NCBI GenBank assembly: GCA_000004985.1
Contig: GG738880.1
Length of the DNA stretch: 64,000 nucleotides
Direction: 5' to 3' (one strand)
Origin: Naegleria gruberi
Lineage: Eukaryota
The stretch's first letter is position 1, and every line of letters starts with the position of its first letter. Of the stretch, positions 1-10,118 are shown in pieces. The translations under genes and the position numbers were made by a program. The notes below the pieces were generated by a model. The model was not told the DNA's origin and ran no database searches. It worked only from the letters and a program-made list of their open reading frames with translations.

Positions 1-169
1 CATTATTATTAATATTGGTATTATTATTGGTATTATTAGAAGATGAAGATGAGGAAGATGAAGATTGATTTGATGATGATGATGATAATTTAGAATGTTT
101 AGAGGATGGTTCATTGTGATGATGATTAGTACCATGATGCTCATCATCGGAATTAAATTTTCTCTTCAT
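1..169 (-). CDS. 5' end of an unknown Ser/Asn/His-rich protein gene (partial; continues beyond the window start)
   Basis: The minus-strand ATG at 169 sits in an A-rich context (aattaaaaaaaATGaag). It opens a frame encoding MKRKFNSDDEHHGTNHHHNEPSSKHSKLSSSSSNQSSSS... that runs off the window edge. The low-complexity Ser/Asn composition is typical of this genome. It is shorter than the ORF-track cutoff, so it is not listed there. Confidence 0.3.
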   Translation of the reverse strand, partial: MKRKFNSDDEHHGTNHHHNEPSSKHSKLSSSSSNQSSSSSSSSSNNTNNNTNINNN

Positions 170-267
170 TTTTTTTAATTTTAATTATTAAATTTGTTTA
201 TTATTGATGGGCGAATTGATCTTGTTAATGTAGGAAAATAATAAATTGAAGAGGTAGTGTGATACAT

Positions 268-1007
268 TTATTCTTCTTCTTCCTTCTTTTTACTTTCCAT
301 ACTATTATTAGAATTGGAAAGTGATTCAATCATGTTCATCATTTGTTGTAATGATTTTAAATTACCTTGTCTTGAATTAACAATTGTGCAATATTCTTTA
401 CAATGAGGAAAATTATTCAATAAATTGCAAAACTCTGCACCTCCCAAACAAAATCCAAGACAAATATCCAACACATCAAATTCATCACCAAAGAAATACT
501 TTTGATTTGGCATTCTCTTATTCAATAATTGTTCCAAATATGGAAGATTAGTTTCTCTCATAATGGTAGAAATTTGATTCAATTTCTCTTGTTCTTCATT
601 TGTTAGAGTTAAAAGATGTTTGTTCATCATATTGAGATTATACTTTTGTAAAAGTGATTTGAAATATTGCATTGATGGTGTAATATCTAATTCAAAAGTA
701 GAAGACCACATCATTAATTGAAATCTTTTACCAAATTGAGTTAAATCAGATGATGATTTGAAAGTAAATTTTTTCTCCTTTTCAAAATATTCAATCAAGA
801 AGAGGAGGATAGCATTGGATTCGAATAAAATTTGACTTTCTTTCTCATTCTTTAATTGATATTCTAAACATGGAACTTTTTGAAAAGGATGAGGATTTTT
901 CAATGGATTAACATGTTCACCCAATTCAAATCTGACAAATCTAATTTGAATTGCATTTTCATCACAATTAACAATTTCCTTATTAGTTACACATGANNNN
1001 NNNNNNN
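268..1007 (-). CDS. Glutathione S-transferase-like protein, C-terminal about 245 aa (N-terminus lost in the N-gap); the stop codon is at 268-270
   Basis: The translation contains a GST N-domain-like segment (HPFQKVPCLEYQL...ESNAILLFLIEYFE, compare GST 'ESRAILxYLA') and a GST C-domain-like segment (KYFFGDEFDVLDICLGF). The ORF runs into the N-run at 1008. Confidence 0.5.
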
Positions 1008-2338
1008 NNNNNNNNNNNNNNNNNNNNNNNNNNNNNNNNNNNNNNNNNNNNNNNNNNNNNNNNNNNNNNNNNNNNNNNNNNNNNNNNNNNNNNNNNNNNN
1101 NNNNNNNNNNNNNNNNNNNNNNNNNNNNNNNNNNNNNNNNNNNNNNNNNNNNNNNNNNNNNNNNNNNNNNNNNNNNNNNNNNNNNNNNNNNNNNNNNNNN
1201 NNNNNNNNNNNNNNNNNNNNNNNNNNNNNNNNNNNNNNNNNNNNNNNNNNNNNNNNNNNNNNNNNNNNNNNNNNNNNNNNNNNNNNNNNNNNNNNNNNNN
1301 NNNNNNNNNNNNNNNNNNNNNNNNNNNNNNNNNNNNNNNNNNNNNNNNNNNNNNNNNNNNNNNNNNNNNNNNNNNNNNNNNNNNNNNNNNNNNNNNNNNN
1401 NNNNNNNNNNNNNNNNNNNNNNNNNNNNNNNNNNNNNNNNNNNNNNNNNNNNNNNNNNNNNNNNNNNNNNNNNNNNNNNNNNNNNNNNNNNNNNNNNNNN
1501 NNNNNNNNNNNNNNNNNNNNNNNNNNNNNNNNNNNNNNNNNNNNNNNNNNNNNNNNNNNNNNNNNNNNNNNNNNNNNNNNNNNNNNNNNNNNNNNNNNNN
1601 NNNNNNNNNNNNNNNNNNNNNNNNNNNNNNNNNNNNNNNNNNNNNNNNNNNNNNNNNNNNNNNNNNNNNNNNNNNNNNNNNNNNNNNNNNNNNNNNNNNN
1701 NNNNNNNNNNNNNNNNNNNNNNNNNNNNNNNNNNNNNNNNNNNNNNNNNNNNNNNNNNNNNNNNNNNNNNNNNNNNNNNNNNNNNNNNNNNNNNNNNNNN
1801 NNNNNNNNNNNNNNNNNNNNNNNNNNNNNNNNNNNNNNNNNNNNNNNNNNNNNNNNNNNNNNNNNNNNNNNNNNNNNNNNNNNNNNNNNNNNNNNNNNNN
1901 NNNNNNNNNNNNNNNNNNNNNNNNNNNNNNNNNNNNNNNNNNNNNNNNNNNNNNNNNNNNNNNNNNNNNNNNNNNNNNNNNNNNNNNNNNNNNNNNNNNN
2001 NNNNNNNNNNNNNNNNNNNNNNNNNNNNNNNNNNNNNNNNNNNNNNNNNNNNNNNNNNNNNNNNNNNNNNNNNNNNNNNNNNNNNNNNNNNNNNNNNNNN
2101 NNNNNNNNNNNNNNNNNNNNNNNNNNNNNNNNNNNNNNNNNNNNNNNNNNNNNNNNNNNNNNNNNNNNNNNNNNNNNNNNNNNNNNNNNNNNNNNNNNNN
2201 NNNNNNNNNNNNNNNNNNNNNNNNNNNNNNNNNNNNNNNNNNNNNNNNNNNNNNNNNNNNNNNNNNNNNNNNNNNNNNNNNNNNNNNNNNNNNNNNNNNN
2301 NNNNNNNNNNNNNNNNNNNNNNNNNNNNNNNNNNNNNN
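1008..2338. other. Assembly gap (1331 N)
   Basis: A literal run of n. Confidence 1.
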
Positions 2339-2455
2339 ACAACACAATAACAACAATATAAAAAAAACATCTAAACATCCAAATCATCTCTTGTTGCATC
2401 TCTTGTATTTTAAAAAATAGTGTGTGATACCTATTGATTGTTGAATATACTAAAA

Positions 2456-4422
2456 ATGGCGTCTCAATATAACGATGATATTGATGATGAAAATTATGAA
2501 AAGAAATTAGAAAATGCATTTAATAGTGAAAAATCATTACTTTTATCTAATAGTAATAATAATATTTCCTATTATGATAATAATGTAAATTCTATTAATA
2601 ATAATTATAATGAAATTCCAATTTTAGTTGAAAAGAAAAGATTTTCAAATTTTACAAAAATATTTCAATCAGAATCAATGAAGAGAGTTAGAAGATGGAT
2701 AGCATTTATTGTTGGTTGTTTTATAATGACTGCAAGTGGTACTCCTTATTCATTTTCATCTATTAGTCCTTCTCTAAAAAAGTAAGTTTTTAATTTTATT
2801 TAAATATAATTTATTTTAATTATTATTATTTTTTTTAATTTAATTTTATAATATTATGAAAATAGAACATTTTTATTATCACAAAGTGAAGGTATGTTAC
2901 AATTATATTGTTTTATTAAAATAATAATATTTCTATAAATAGTAAATTTAATAGGAACATCAGCCAATTTAGGATCTAATTTTAGTTTTATATTTTCATT
3001 TGTAAATGATATATTTGGATCTAGAATTAGTAGTTTATTAGCAGGAGCATGTTTATTTTTTTCATATTTTTCCATGTCCTTAATTGTAACTGGTAATTTA
3101 CCATTTATAGATCCATATATAGCATTTTGTTTTTTAATGTTTTTAATGGGAAGTGCATGTGGAGGTGGTTTTATATCTTCAATTTCTACTTCAATGAAGA
3201 ATTTTCCAGAAAGAAATAGAGGTCTAGTTAGTATGTATTTAATTTTATTTAATGTTTATTTATTTTTATTTTTTATTTATTTTAATTTTATATTTAAATA
3301 TATATAGTTGGAGTATTATCATCTTGTTATGGTATTAGTAGTGCAATATATTCAGGTGCATATTTATATATATTTCAACAAGATTTAGAAATTTATTTAA
3401 TATTTTGTGCTGTATTAGGAGGTGTTGTAGTAATGATAATGGGTCCTATATTTTTAGATAGTAAGGCTAATTCACTTACTATAAATAGTAATAATAATAA
3501 GAATAATCAAAATGATAATAATAATCAAATTGAAAATGAAAATGAATCATCTAATGTAGATAACGTAGATAATTTACATGATGTTGATGATAATGTAAAT
3601 AATAATTTAAAAGAAAATAATTTAAAAGAAAATGAAACTTTAAAAGAAAGAATTACCAAAATAGAATTAAAATTAAAAGAAAATGAAGCACCAAATGTCA
3701 ATCCATTTAAAATGTTAATTTCATTAGATTTTTATTTATCATTTTTAATAACATTTTTATTTGCCGGATCAGGAATTGTAATAATTAACAATTTAGGATC
3801 AATAGTCCAATCTTATGGTGGTAAAAATGGAGAACAAAATAATATGGTAATTGTATTTAGTTGTTGTAATTGTATTGGTAGAATTTTATTTGGATTTGTG
3901 AGTGATAAATTATTTAATCCATTAAAAAATTTAACAAGAATTACATTTATAGGAATTACTATATTAATGATGATGATTGGTCAATTTATATTTTCATTTT
4001 TACCATTACCAGGTTTTTATCCATTAATTATTTTTGTAGGATTGAGTTATGGTGGATTTATGGCATTGAATCCAAGTTTTATAAGTGAAAGATTTGGCGC
4101 CAAATATTACGGTTTAAATTCTACAATTCATTCATTATCATCTTCATGTGGATCGTATGCATTTTCAACTGGTTTAGCTGGTCATTTGTATCAATTAAAT
4201 ATTAAGGAACCTAGAATGTTAACATGTCATGGTAGAGAATGTTATGAATTGACTTTTATTATTCTATCCGTATTGAATGGTTTAGCCTTTTTATTAACTT
4301 TGATTTTACATTGGAGAACATTGAATTTGTATCACTTGTTGAAATTTAGAAGACACTTGTTGGAAAAATTAAATTTATTACAACAAGAAGAAAAACAATT
4401 GGAATCAACAATAATAAATTAA
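2456..4422 (+). CDS. Nodulin-like / major-facilitator-superfamily membrane transporter with 4 exons (2456-2781, 2866-2891, 2955-3230, 3308-4422; about 580 aa)
   Basis: The ATG at 2456 is in the context ctaaaaATGgcg. Exon 1 ends at ...SLKK followed by the donor GTAAGT at 2782. A 26-nt exon (KTFLLSQSE) lies between the acceptor tag at 2865 and the donor GTATGT at 2892. The third exon starts after atag at 2954 and ends at the donor GTATGT at 3231. The last exon starts after tatatag at 3307. The splice phases are consistent (2/1/1) and join the track ORFs 2438-2785, 3074-3307 and 3433-4422 into one frame. The protein has multiple hydrophobic transmembrane segments (WIAFIVGCFIMTASG, LIVTGNLPFIDPYIAFCFLMFLMGSACGGG, FIGITILMMMIGQFIFSFLPLPGFYPLIIFVGLSYGGFMAL). 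These resemble the nodulin-like MFS family. Confidence 0.7.
2462..3702. repeat. Copy A of a near-identical segmental duplication of about 1.22 kb (copy B is 39501-40722)
   Basis: Read by eye, the two stretches align base for base over exons 1-3, introns 1-3 and the start of exon 4 of the transporter. The differences are few: a 1-nt indel, a few substitutions, a 9-nt in-frame indel, and small indels in the AT-rich intron 3. Confidence 0.85.
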
Positions 4423-4590
4423 ATTTAATTTATGTACGATACTCATTAAAACATTAGTTATTAATAGTAGTAGTATTTCAACTACGATAGAATTGTGAGA
4501 TTAAAGCCTTGTGTGTTCATAGTTGATAGTTGCACACAGTGCACTCTCCCATCAAAATAAAAAAGCCTTTGAAAAAAAAAATGTCTGAAC

Positions 4591-6131
4591 TTTATCAACA
4601 GGAAGGTTCTATTATTATTGATGATGGATCATCATCTTCGGAATTAAAAAGAAAGAGAACTGATAATGATAGTAATAATAACAATGATACAAACAATGAT
4701 GATAATACTAATGATGATGATAATAATAATTTATTAACAAGTAAATATAAAATAACAAATACTAAAACATTAAATATTATTAAAAATGTATTTAAATTAA
4801 ATAATGTTGAAAGAGATGTAAAAACATTTGATTGTATTGATCCATTTAATAAAAGTAATACAATTAAAGGATGTATTGTTACTAAACATGGTAAATATAA
4901 TGGATCAATGATTATTGATAATATAAATGATATAAATTTAAATGAACCAAATATAGTATATAATATTCCAAATTTAAATTATTTATATCCTAAAAAACAA
5001 AAAAAAGGAACTTGTTTTTTACCTGAAAATTATTTTAAAAATATTAAAAATTTAAATAATTATTGTTTTATGAATAAATGGAATGGTTCAAATATAGTAT
5101 TATATAAATATAGTAATAATGATGGTATTGAATTTATTAGTTGTAAAACTAAAGGTACTCCAATAGTTGAAAATAATCCAAGACATTCAATTTTATTTTA
5201 TGATTTAACTGTAAAAAGTTTACAAAAATTAAATTTATTTAATGAAAATATTTTAAAAAATTCAAATAATATTTATTTTTCACATTTTATTAATGATAAA
5301 AATATTAATTCTCTATCTTGTGAATTATGTGGATATGAAGAACCACATCTTGTTAAATATAATTTTGATATTGAATTAAAACCATTACTATTTTTATATA
5401 ATAATTCTAAAATTAAACCATGTATTTTAGAATCTATTAATTTAACAAATAATATTGAATTAACTAATAATGAATTAAATAAAAATGAATTAAATGAAAT
5501 AATTGAATTAAATAATATTAAAATTAATAAATTAATAGAATATAAAAATAGTTATAAAACATTAATTGAACAAGTTAAAACATTACAAGAATATAATTTT
5601 AAATTAAATGAAAATTTTAGAAATGAAAATAATTTAAAACATGCCTATGAATATAATCATTTTATTACAGAAGGATGTGTTTTATATTTACTTGATAAGG
5701 AAAATTATGTTTGTGATAGAAATTTTATATTTAAAATTAAACCAAATGATATTGAACAAGTTCATTGGGAAAATTTTAATGAAAAACATGAAAAATTAAT
5801 TGATGAAGTTTTATTGAAAATTGAATTGAGAAATTTAGATTTGAATGAATTTAATATTAGAAGAGAATTAGATACAATGGGTGAAAAGGAATGGTCTAAA
5901 TTTTCAACTGATATTTTGAAATATGTCCATAAAAAGAAGGGTATTAATTTATTATTAAATAGATGTAATAATACTAATAATACTAATAATAATACTGAAA
6001 CTGATACCAATACTGATACTACTACTAGTGCTAATAATAATAATAATCAAGAGAATGAAAGTGAAAATACAACAAGTGAAAGAGTGAGTGAGAATGAACA
6101 AGAACCTCAAAAGAAAAAGATTAAACAATAA
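4591..6131 (+). CDS. Hypothetical Asn-rich protein (513 aa) with a basic KRKR motif, an internal coiled-coil-like region and an acidic/Thr-rich tail
   Basis: A long single-exon ORF. The ATG at 4591 follows an A-run (gaaaaaaaaaATGtct). I did not recognise any conserved domain. Confidence 0.55.
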
Positions 6132-6184
6132 AATTTTGGCGCGCAATTTTTTACATTTTTCAAACAATAAAAAATACATCAACA

Positions 6185-6533
6185 ATGTCTGGTAGGTTTT
6201 TCAATATTTGATGAATGGATGAATAATTATCATGGATCATAATACAAAGATAATAAACAAGAAAGTATTTTAGGAGATTTCACCCCTAGTGCTGCTACTC
6301 TTGAACAAACAAAGGAAAGAGTGCACTCTAAAACGAATTATCATGCCCTTCCGGTTAGAGCCTATCTCGATCAAACTGTAGTTCCAATCTTGTTGCAAGG
6401 ATTAGCTTGTGTTGTTAGAGAAAGACCAGAAGATCCAATACAATATTTGGCTTCCTATCTTTTGAGACATAATCCTAACAAGAAGGAAGATGATGAAGAT
6501 GATGAAGAAAGAGAAATTGAAAAGTCTGATTAA
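6185..6533 (+). CDS. dpy30: DPY30-like protein (Dpy-30 motif; subunit of COMPASS/Set1-type H3K4 methyltransferase complexes) with 2 exons (6185-6191 and 6273-6533)
   Basis: The second exon encodes [38 protein letters not shown], a canonical Dpy-30 dimerisation/docking motif. The track ORF start is a GTG, not ATG. The in-frame ATG is the 7-nt first exon ATGTCTG, followed by the donor GTAGGT at 6192. After the acceptor ttttag at 6267-6272 the phase is 1 and the frame is continuous: [36 protein letters not shown]... Confidence 0.65.
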
Positions 6534-6925
6534 GCACCATTAACCTCAACTCCCAATAATTTTGTACCAATATATTACCTCCCATCGAAACCATTAAACT
6601 TCCTAACACTACTAATGTAAAAACAATTCCTGTAGTAATAATAATAACACTCAATATATTAATTTAATATCAATGAAAAATCTCATCATTTAAAACCTTA
6701 TTCTTTGATTCTGGGTGCATGATTAAGGAAAGTAATAGCACTACCTTCAAAGTGTTACTACCCAAGATGATGTGTCGGCAATAATACTGTTGATGGAGGA
6801 TTCCAGTAAAACGGTTAATAGTGATGATCCCTGCTCATTGCAAATGAATCTTTTAAACTACTACAATAAAGTCAGTTGATATGGACGGTTACAGCATGAT
6901 TTTGAAATAATAACGTTCAAAAAAA

Positions 6926-8146
6926 ATGTCTATGGGTCACTATAAGCCTTACTTTGATCAAAAGTTTGATGCTTATCAGGAGTATCGTAAAGAATTTGTA
7001 TTAAAATCCTATCGGAAAACCTCAAAGAAATTACAAACTAGTAGTTATTCAAAATTGTTTAATGATAACTCATTAAGAGGAGTTAGTGCATGGTTAAAAG
7101 AACAAGCCTCTGAGAATGATAGAAAACAATTTCATACTCTATTTAAAAAACTAGGAAGTACTTTTGAAAATTTATCAAATGTAAAGAATCCATATACAGC
7201 AGATAGTGAAGTTGATGCATATTTTCATGCAGCTAGTAATTTTGGACATGGAGTATTAACAGATAAAGCAATTAAATCAATTGCAACATATTTCAAAGAT
7301 AATAAGAATAAGGAAGATATGGATTCTTTTAAAAAGATGATGTCATCAATTACTTCCTATCAAAAACATATCCAACCTCAATCACATGATCATTACGAAT
7401 TTAAAGAAACAACTCCACATGTTGTTGATCAGAAAAAATCAAGACCAATCCAACAAGTTGCATCTGAAAAGTATGCAATGACACATAATAGACCTAAAAC
7501 TGCTCCAAATGTTAGACCTATTATATTTCCTAATGAATTTACTACCACAAATACTTTATCAATTGTTAATCATCATCCAAATACAAACACCAACAATAAT
7601 ACATCATGTTTAACTGCTAGGCCATCAACTTCTCATGTACAAAGAATGCATGATAGAGTTTTTAATTCTAAAGTACCATTCGCAATGGCACCTTCTAATA
7701 TTGTAACAATGCCAACTTCTAAGACTGACTTTACTAGATCTAATTCTAAAGTTCAAGAATATACTAAGGTTCAACCTGCATGGAAGGCAACCACTTGCCC
7801 AACTGCTTCTGGAGGTGTTGTTCAGCCTTCTTTCTCTGTCGATTCATTAGTTCAAAAAGAAAGAAGAGAAGCAAGGAGGAAACTTCCAACATTTTCACAA
7901 ACATCCAAACCATCTTCTCAGCAAGCTAAGAAACAAGACAAGATGCCAACTGTAGCTCTAGGGAAAACAACTTATTATTCCACTTTTCAACCTCAAGCAA
8001 ATATACCTTCAAAACCTTATCATCAACCTCAATTATCTAAACCATTTGGAGATTATGGTACAGTTGACTTTTTGACTGAATATTGTAAGAAATATTCGAG
8101 TAGTAAAAATAAGGAAAACATTTCAACAAATAATAAAGTGAAATGA
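6926..8146 (+). CDS. Hypothetical protein (406 aa)
   Basis: A single long ORF with an ATG in an A-rich context (caaaaaaaATGtct). Its codon usage is less AT-biased than its neighbours. I did not recognise any domain. Confidence 0.55.
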   Translation: MSMGHYKPYFDQKFDAYQEYRKEFVLKSYRKTSKKLQTSSYSKLFNDNSLRGVSAWLKEQASENDRKQFHTLFKKLGSTFENLSNVKNPYTADSEVDAYFHAASNFGHGVLTDKAIKSIATYFKDNKNKEDMDSFKKMMSSITSYQKHIQPQSHDHYEFKETTPHVVDQKKSRPIQQVASEKYAMTHNRPKTAPNVRPIIFPNEFTTTNTLSIVNHHPNTNTNNNTSCLTARPSTSHVQRMHDRVFNSKVPFAMAPSNIVTMPTSKTDFTRSNSKVQEYTKVQPAWKATTCPTASGGVVQPSFSVDSLVQKERREARRKLPTFSQTSKPSSQQAKKQDKMPTVALGKTTYYSTFQPQANIPSKPYHQPQLSKPFGDYGTVDFLTEYCKKYSSSKNKENISTNNKVK

Positions 8147-8150
8147 TAAT

Positions 8151-9934
8151 TTATTTTGATCCAAATTCTTCCATCCACTTTTTATATCTATCAAGCTCAG
8201 CTGTACCCACAGAAGAGCTCACGTTTTTTAATGTCTCCAAAAAGTTGTTCATTGAAATAGGTTGATTCTTCAACTCGTCTTGTTTTGAGATTAACCCAGT
8301 TTTACCAAAGCTTTCAATGGCTTTTCTGAGGACCATCATAGCTGCATCTCTGCAAATTAACTTAATATCAGCAGGACTGTAACCTTCTGTCAATCTAGAT
8401 AACTCATCAACATTAACATCTTCGCCTATAATTAATTTATCCAAATAAAGTTTGAAAATTAACTTTCTTCCTTCATGATCTGGAAGAGGAATGTGAATTC
8501 TCTTTTCTAAACGTCTTCTCAAAGCATCGTCAAGCTCCCAAGGGTGATTGGTAGCTCCCAATACTAGAACCATCTTCTTTTCTTCTGGATTCAGTGCATC
8601 ATTATTAGCACCATCCATTTGTACCAAAAGTTCTGTTTTCACTCTTCTGCTTGCTTCATGTTCACCTTCTGATCTCTTTCCACCTAAGGCATCAATTTCG
8701 TCAATAAATATAGTACTTGGAGCATAGAATCTTGCCATTTCGAATAATAATTTGATTAATTTTTCTGATTCACCTCTCCACTTGGATGTCAAAGCAGAAA
8801 CTGAAACACAAAAGAATGTAGTTTTACATTCAGTGGCTACTGCTTTTGCAAGCATTGTCTTACCTGTACCTGGAGGACCAAAAAGCAAGATACCCTTATA
8901 TGGAGATCTAATGCCATTGAAAAATTCTGGCATCATGATTGGTAAAACAGCTGCTTCCTCAAGCAGATTTTTTGCTGAATCCATTCCAGCAATATCTGTC
9001 CAGTGAGTATTACATTGTTTATCCAAAATTTCCTTCTCAATAATTTCAGCCAAATCCTTATCAGCTGAACACACTGGAACAAATTTTGGTTTTTCTTCTC
9101 CATTTACGATTACAACAGGTGATTCACCTCCTTCCTCTCCAACAGCCATGTTATCCTTATCATCCATCTTTGACTTTTTGTTTGCAACTCCAGGAGTTGG
9201 TCTTTGTTTGTTATCTTTAGAATATTGATTTCCTAGTAACTTTGCGTTTAGCTTCTTATCGACATAATTTGCGACCTAATATTCTTATGACAGAGATGAG
9301 CGTTGATACTTACTCGATTATTAACTTGTTTTGTTGGTGGTTGATTAAGAACCTTCTTATCATTTGATAATCTTTTTGGTTTTGAAACACCTTGAACTGG
9401 AGTAGGAGGAAGCCAAACATCAGGATCATAATTATCTTGAGGAGGTGCTCCACCACCAAGTTGATTTGGTGTTTTAGCTCTTGGAAGTGGTTGGTCATCA
9501 TATGATGTTGTTGGTGAATTATTTGCAACTGTATTCACAACAAATGCAACTCCTCCACCTGCCGATTTCTCTGATGGATCCTCAAAGAACTTTGGAAGTG
9601 GTTTCATTCTTGCTCCACCTCCTCCATTATTATTACTATTATTATTATTACTACTTGATGAAGAATTACCCCCAGAAGAAGAAAATCCATTACTGAATAT
9701 ATTCAATTCGTTTTGTATGTTTTGTATAATTTGATATTCTTGTCTGAGTCTTTGTTTTAATTGAGACCATTGTGTTTTCAAATCCATTGGTAATATTGCT
9801 TCACTAAGGTAAGAATCAATTTGATCCGAGATACCATCATATGTTGCTAATGATACACTATAATTACCGAGAAGAGCATGCTCCCTGGCTAATTTTACAC
9901 TATCTGTTATTCCTTGAAGATGGTGTTTTGGCAT
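8151..9934 (-). CDS. Katanin p60-like microtubule-severing AAA ATPase with 2 exons (9314-9934 and 8151-9255)
   Basis: The N-terminal exon encodes DSVKLAREHALLGNYSVSLATYDGI, which matches the katanin p60 N-terminal MIT-like domain. The C-terminal exon encodes the AAA core: Walker A GILLFGPPGTGKTMLAKAVATECKTTFF, Walker B IFIDEIDAL, and SKWRGESEKL. The exons are joined by a 58-nt intron (donor GTAAGT, acceptor gataag/). Removing it restores the frame: ...KQVNNR|KLNAKLLGNQYSKDNKQRPTPGVANKKSKMDDKDN... Confidence 0.8.
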
Positions 9935-10118
9935 TTTTTTGTAGATTGATTGGCGCCAATATTTCCTTCTTCCTCAAATAAATTCAAAGTTATAATACAA
10001 TCACATGTTGAAACATTTAAAAACAATGAGGAATCAATGATTATAAATACCTGACAACTCGAGATGTTTTATACAACAGTGAATTCATATACATTTATTT
10101 TAATACAGTATGAGACAA

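Noticed and set aside
268-2519. Track ORFs 268-2370, 983-2356, 987-2519 (-) and 993-2420 (+), with hundreds of X residues
   Set aside because: They run straight through the 1331-N gap. Only the real-sequence ends are meaningful: the GST-like C-terminus, and the antisense of the transporter exon 1.
2854-3307. ORFs 2854-3075 (-) and 3074-3307 (+), repeated at 39894-40380
   Set aside because: The plus ORF is simply exon 3 of the transporter read past its donor into intron 3. The minus ORF is antisense to intron 2 and exon 3.
4440-4560. Possible tRNA or other small RNA in short GC-containing intergenic patches (4440-4560, 16380-16560)
   Set aside because: I could not find a cloverleaf-compatible acceptor/T-arm pairing or conserved GTTC...box by eye. 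They are likely UTR or promoter sequence.
5762-6185. Minus-strand ORFs 5762-6010 and 5955-6185
   Set aside because: They are antisense to the 3' end of the 4591-6131 gene and its Asn/Thr-rich tail. They are low complexity with no independent support.
6321-6533. DPY30 ORF start as given by the ORF track (M at 6321)
   Set aside because: The codon there is GTG or not ATG. The track evidently labels alternative start codons as M. It is replaced by the micro-exon model starting at 6185.
9310-9696. ORFs 9310-9528 (-) and 9481-9696 (+) inside the katanin N-terminal exon
   Set aside because: They are alternative-frame or antisense readings within a well-supported coding exon. Part of the sequence is a poly-Tyr/His run from (AAT/ATT)n-like DNA.
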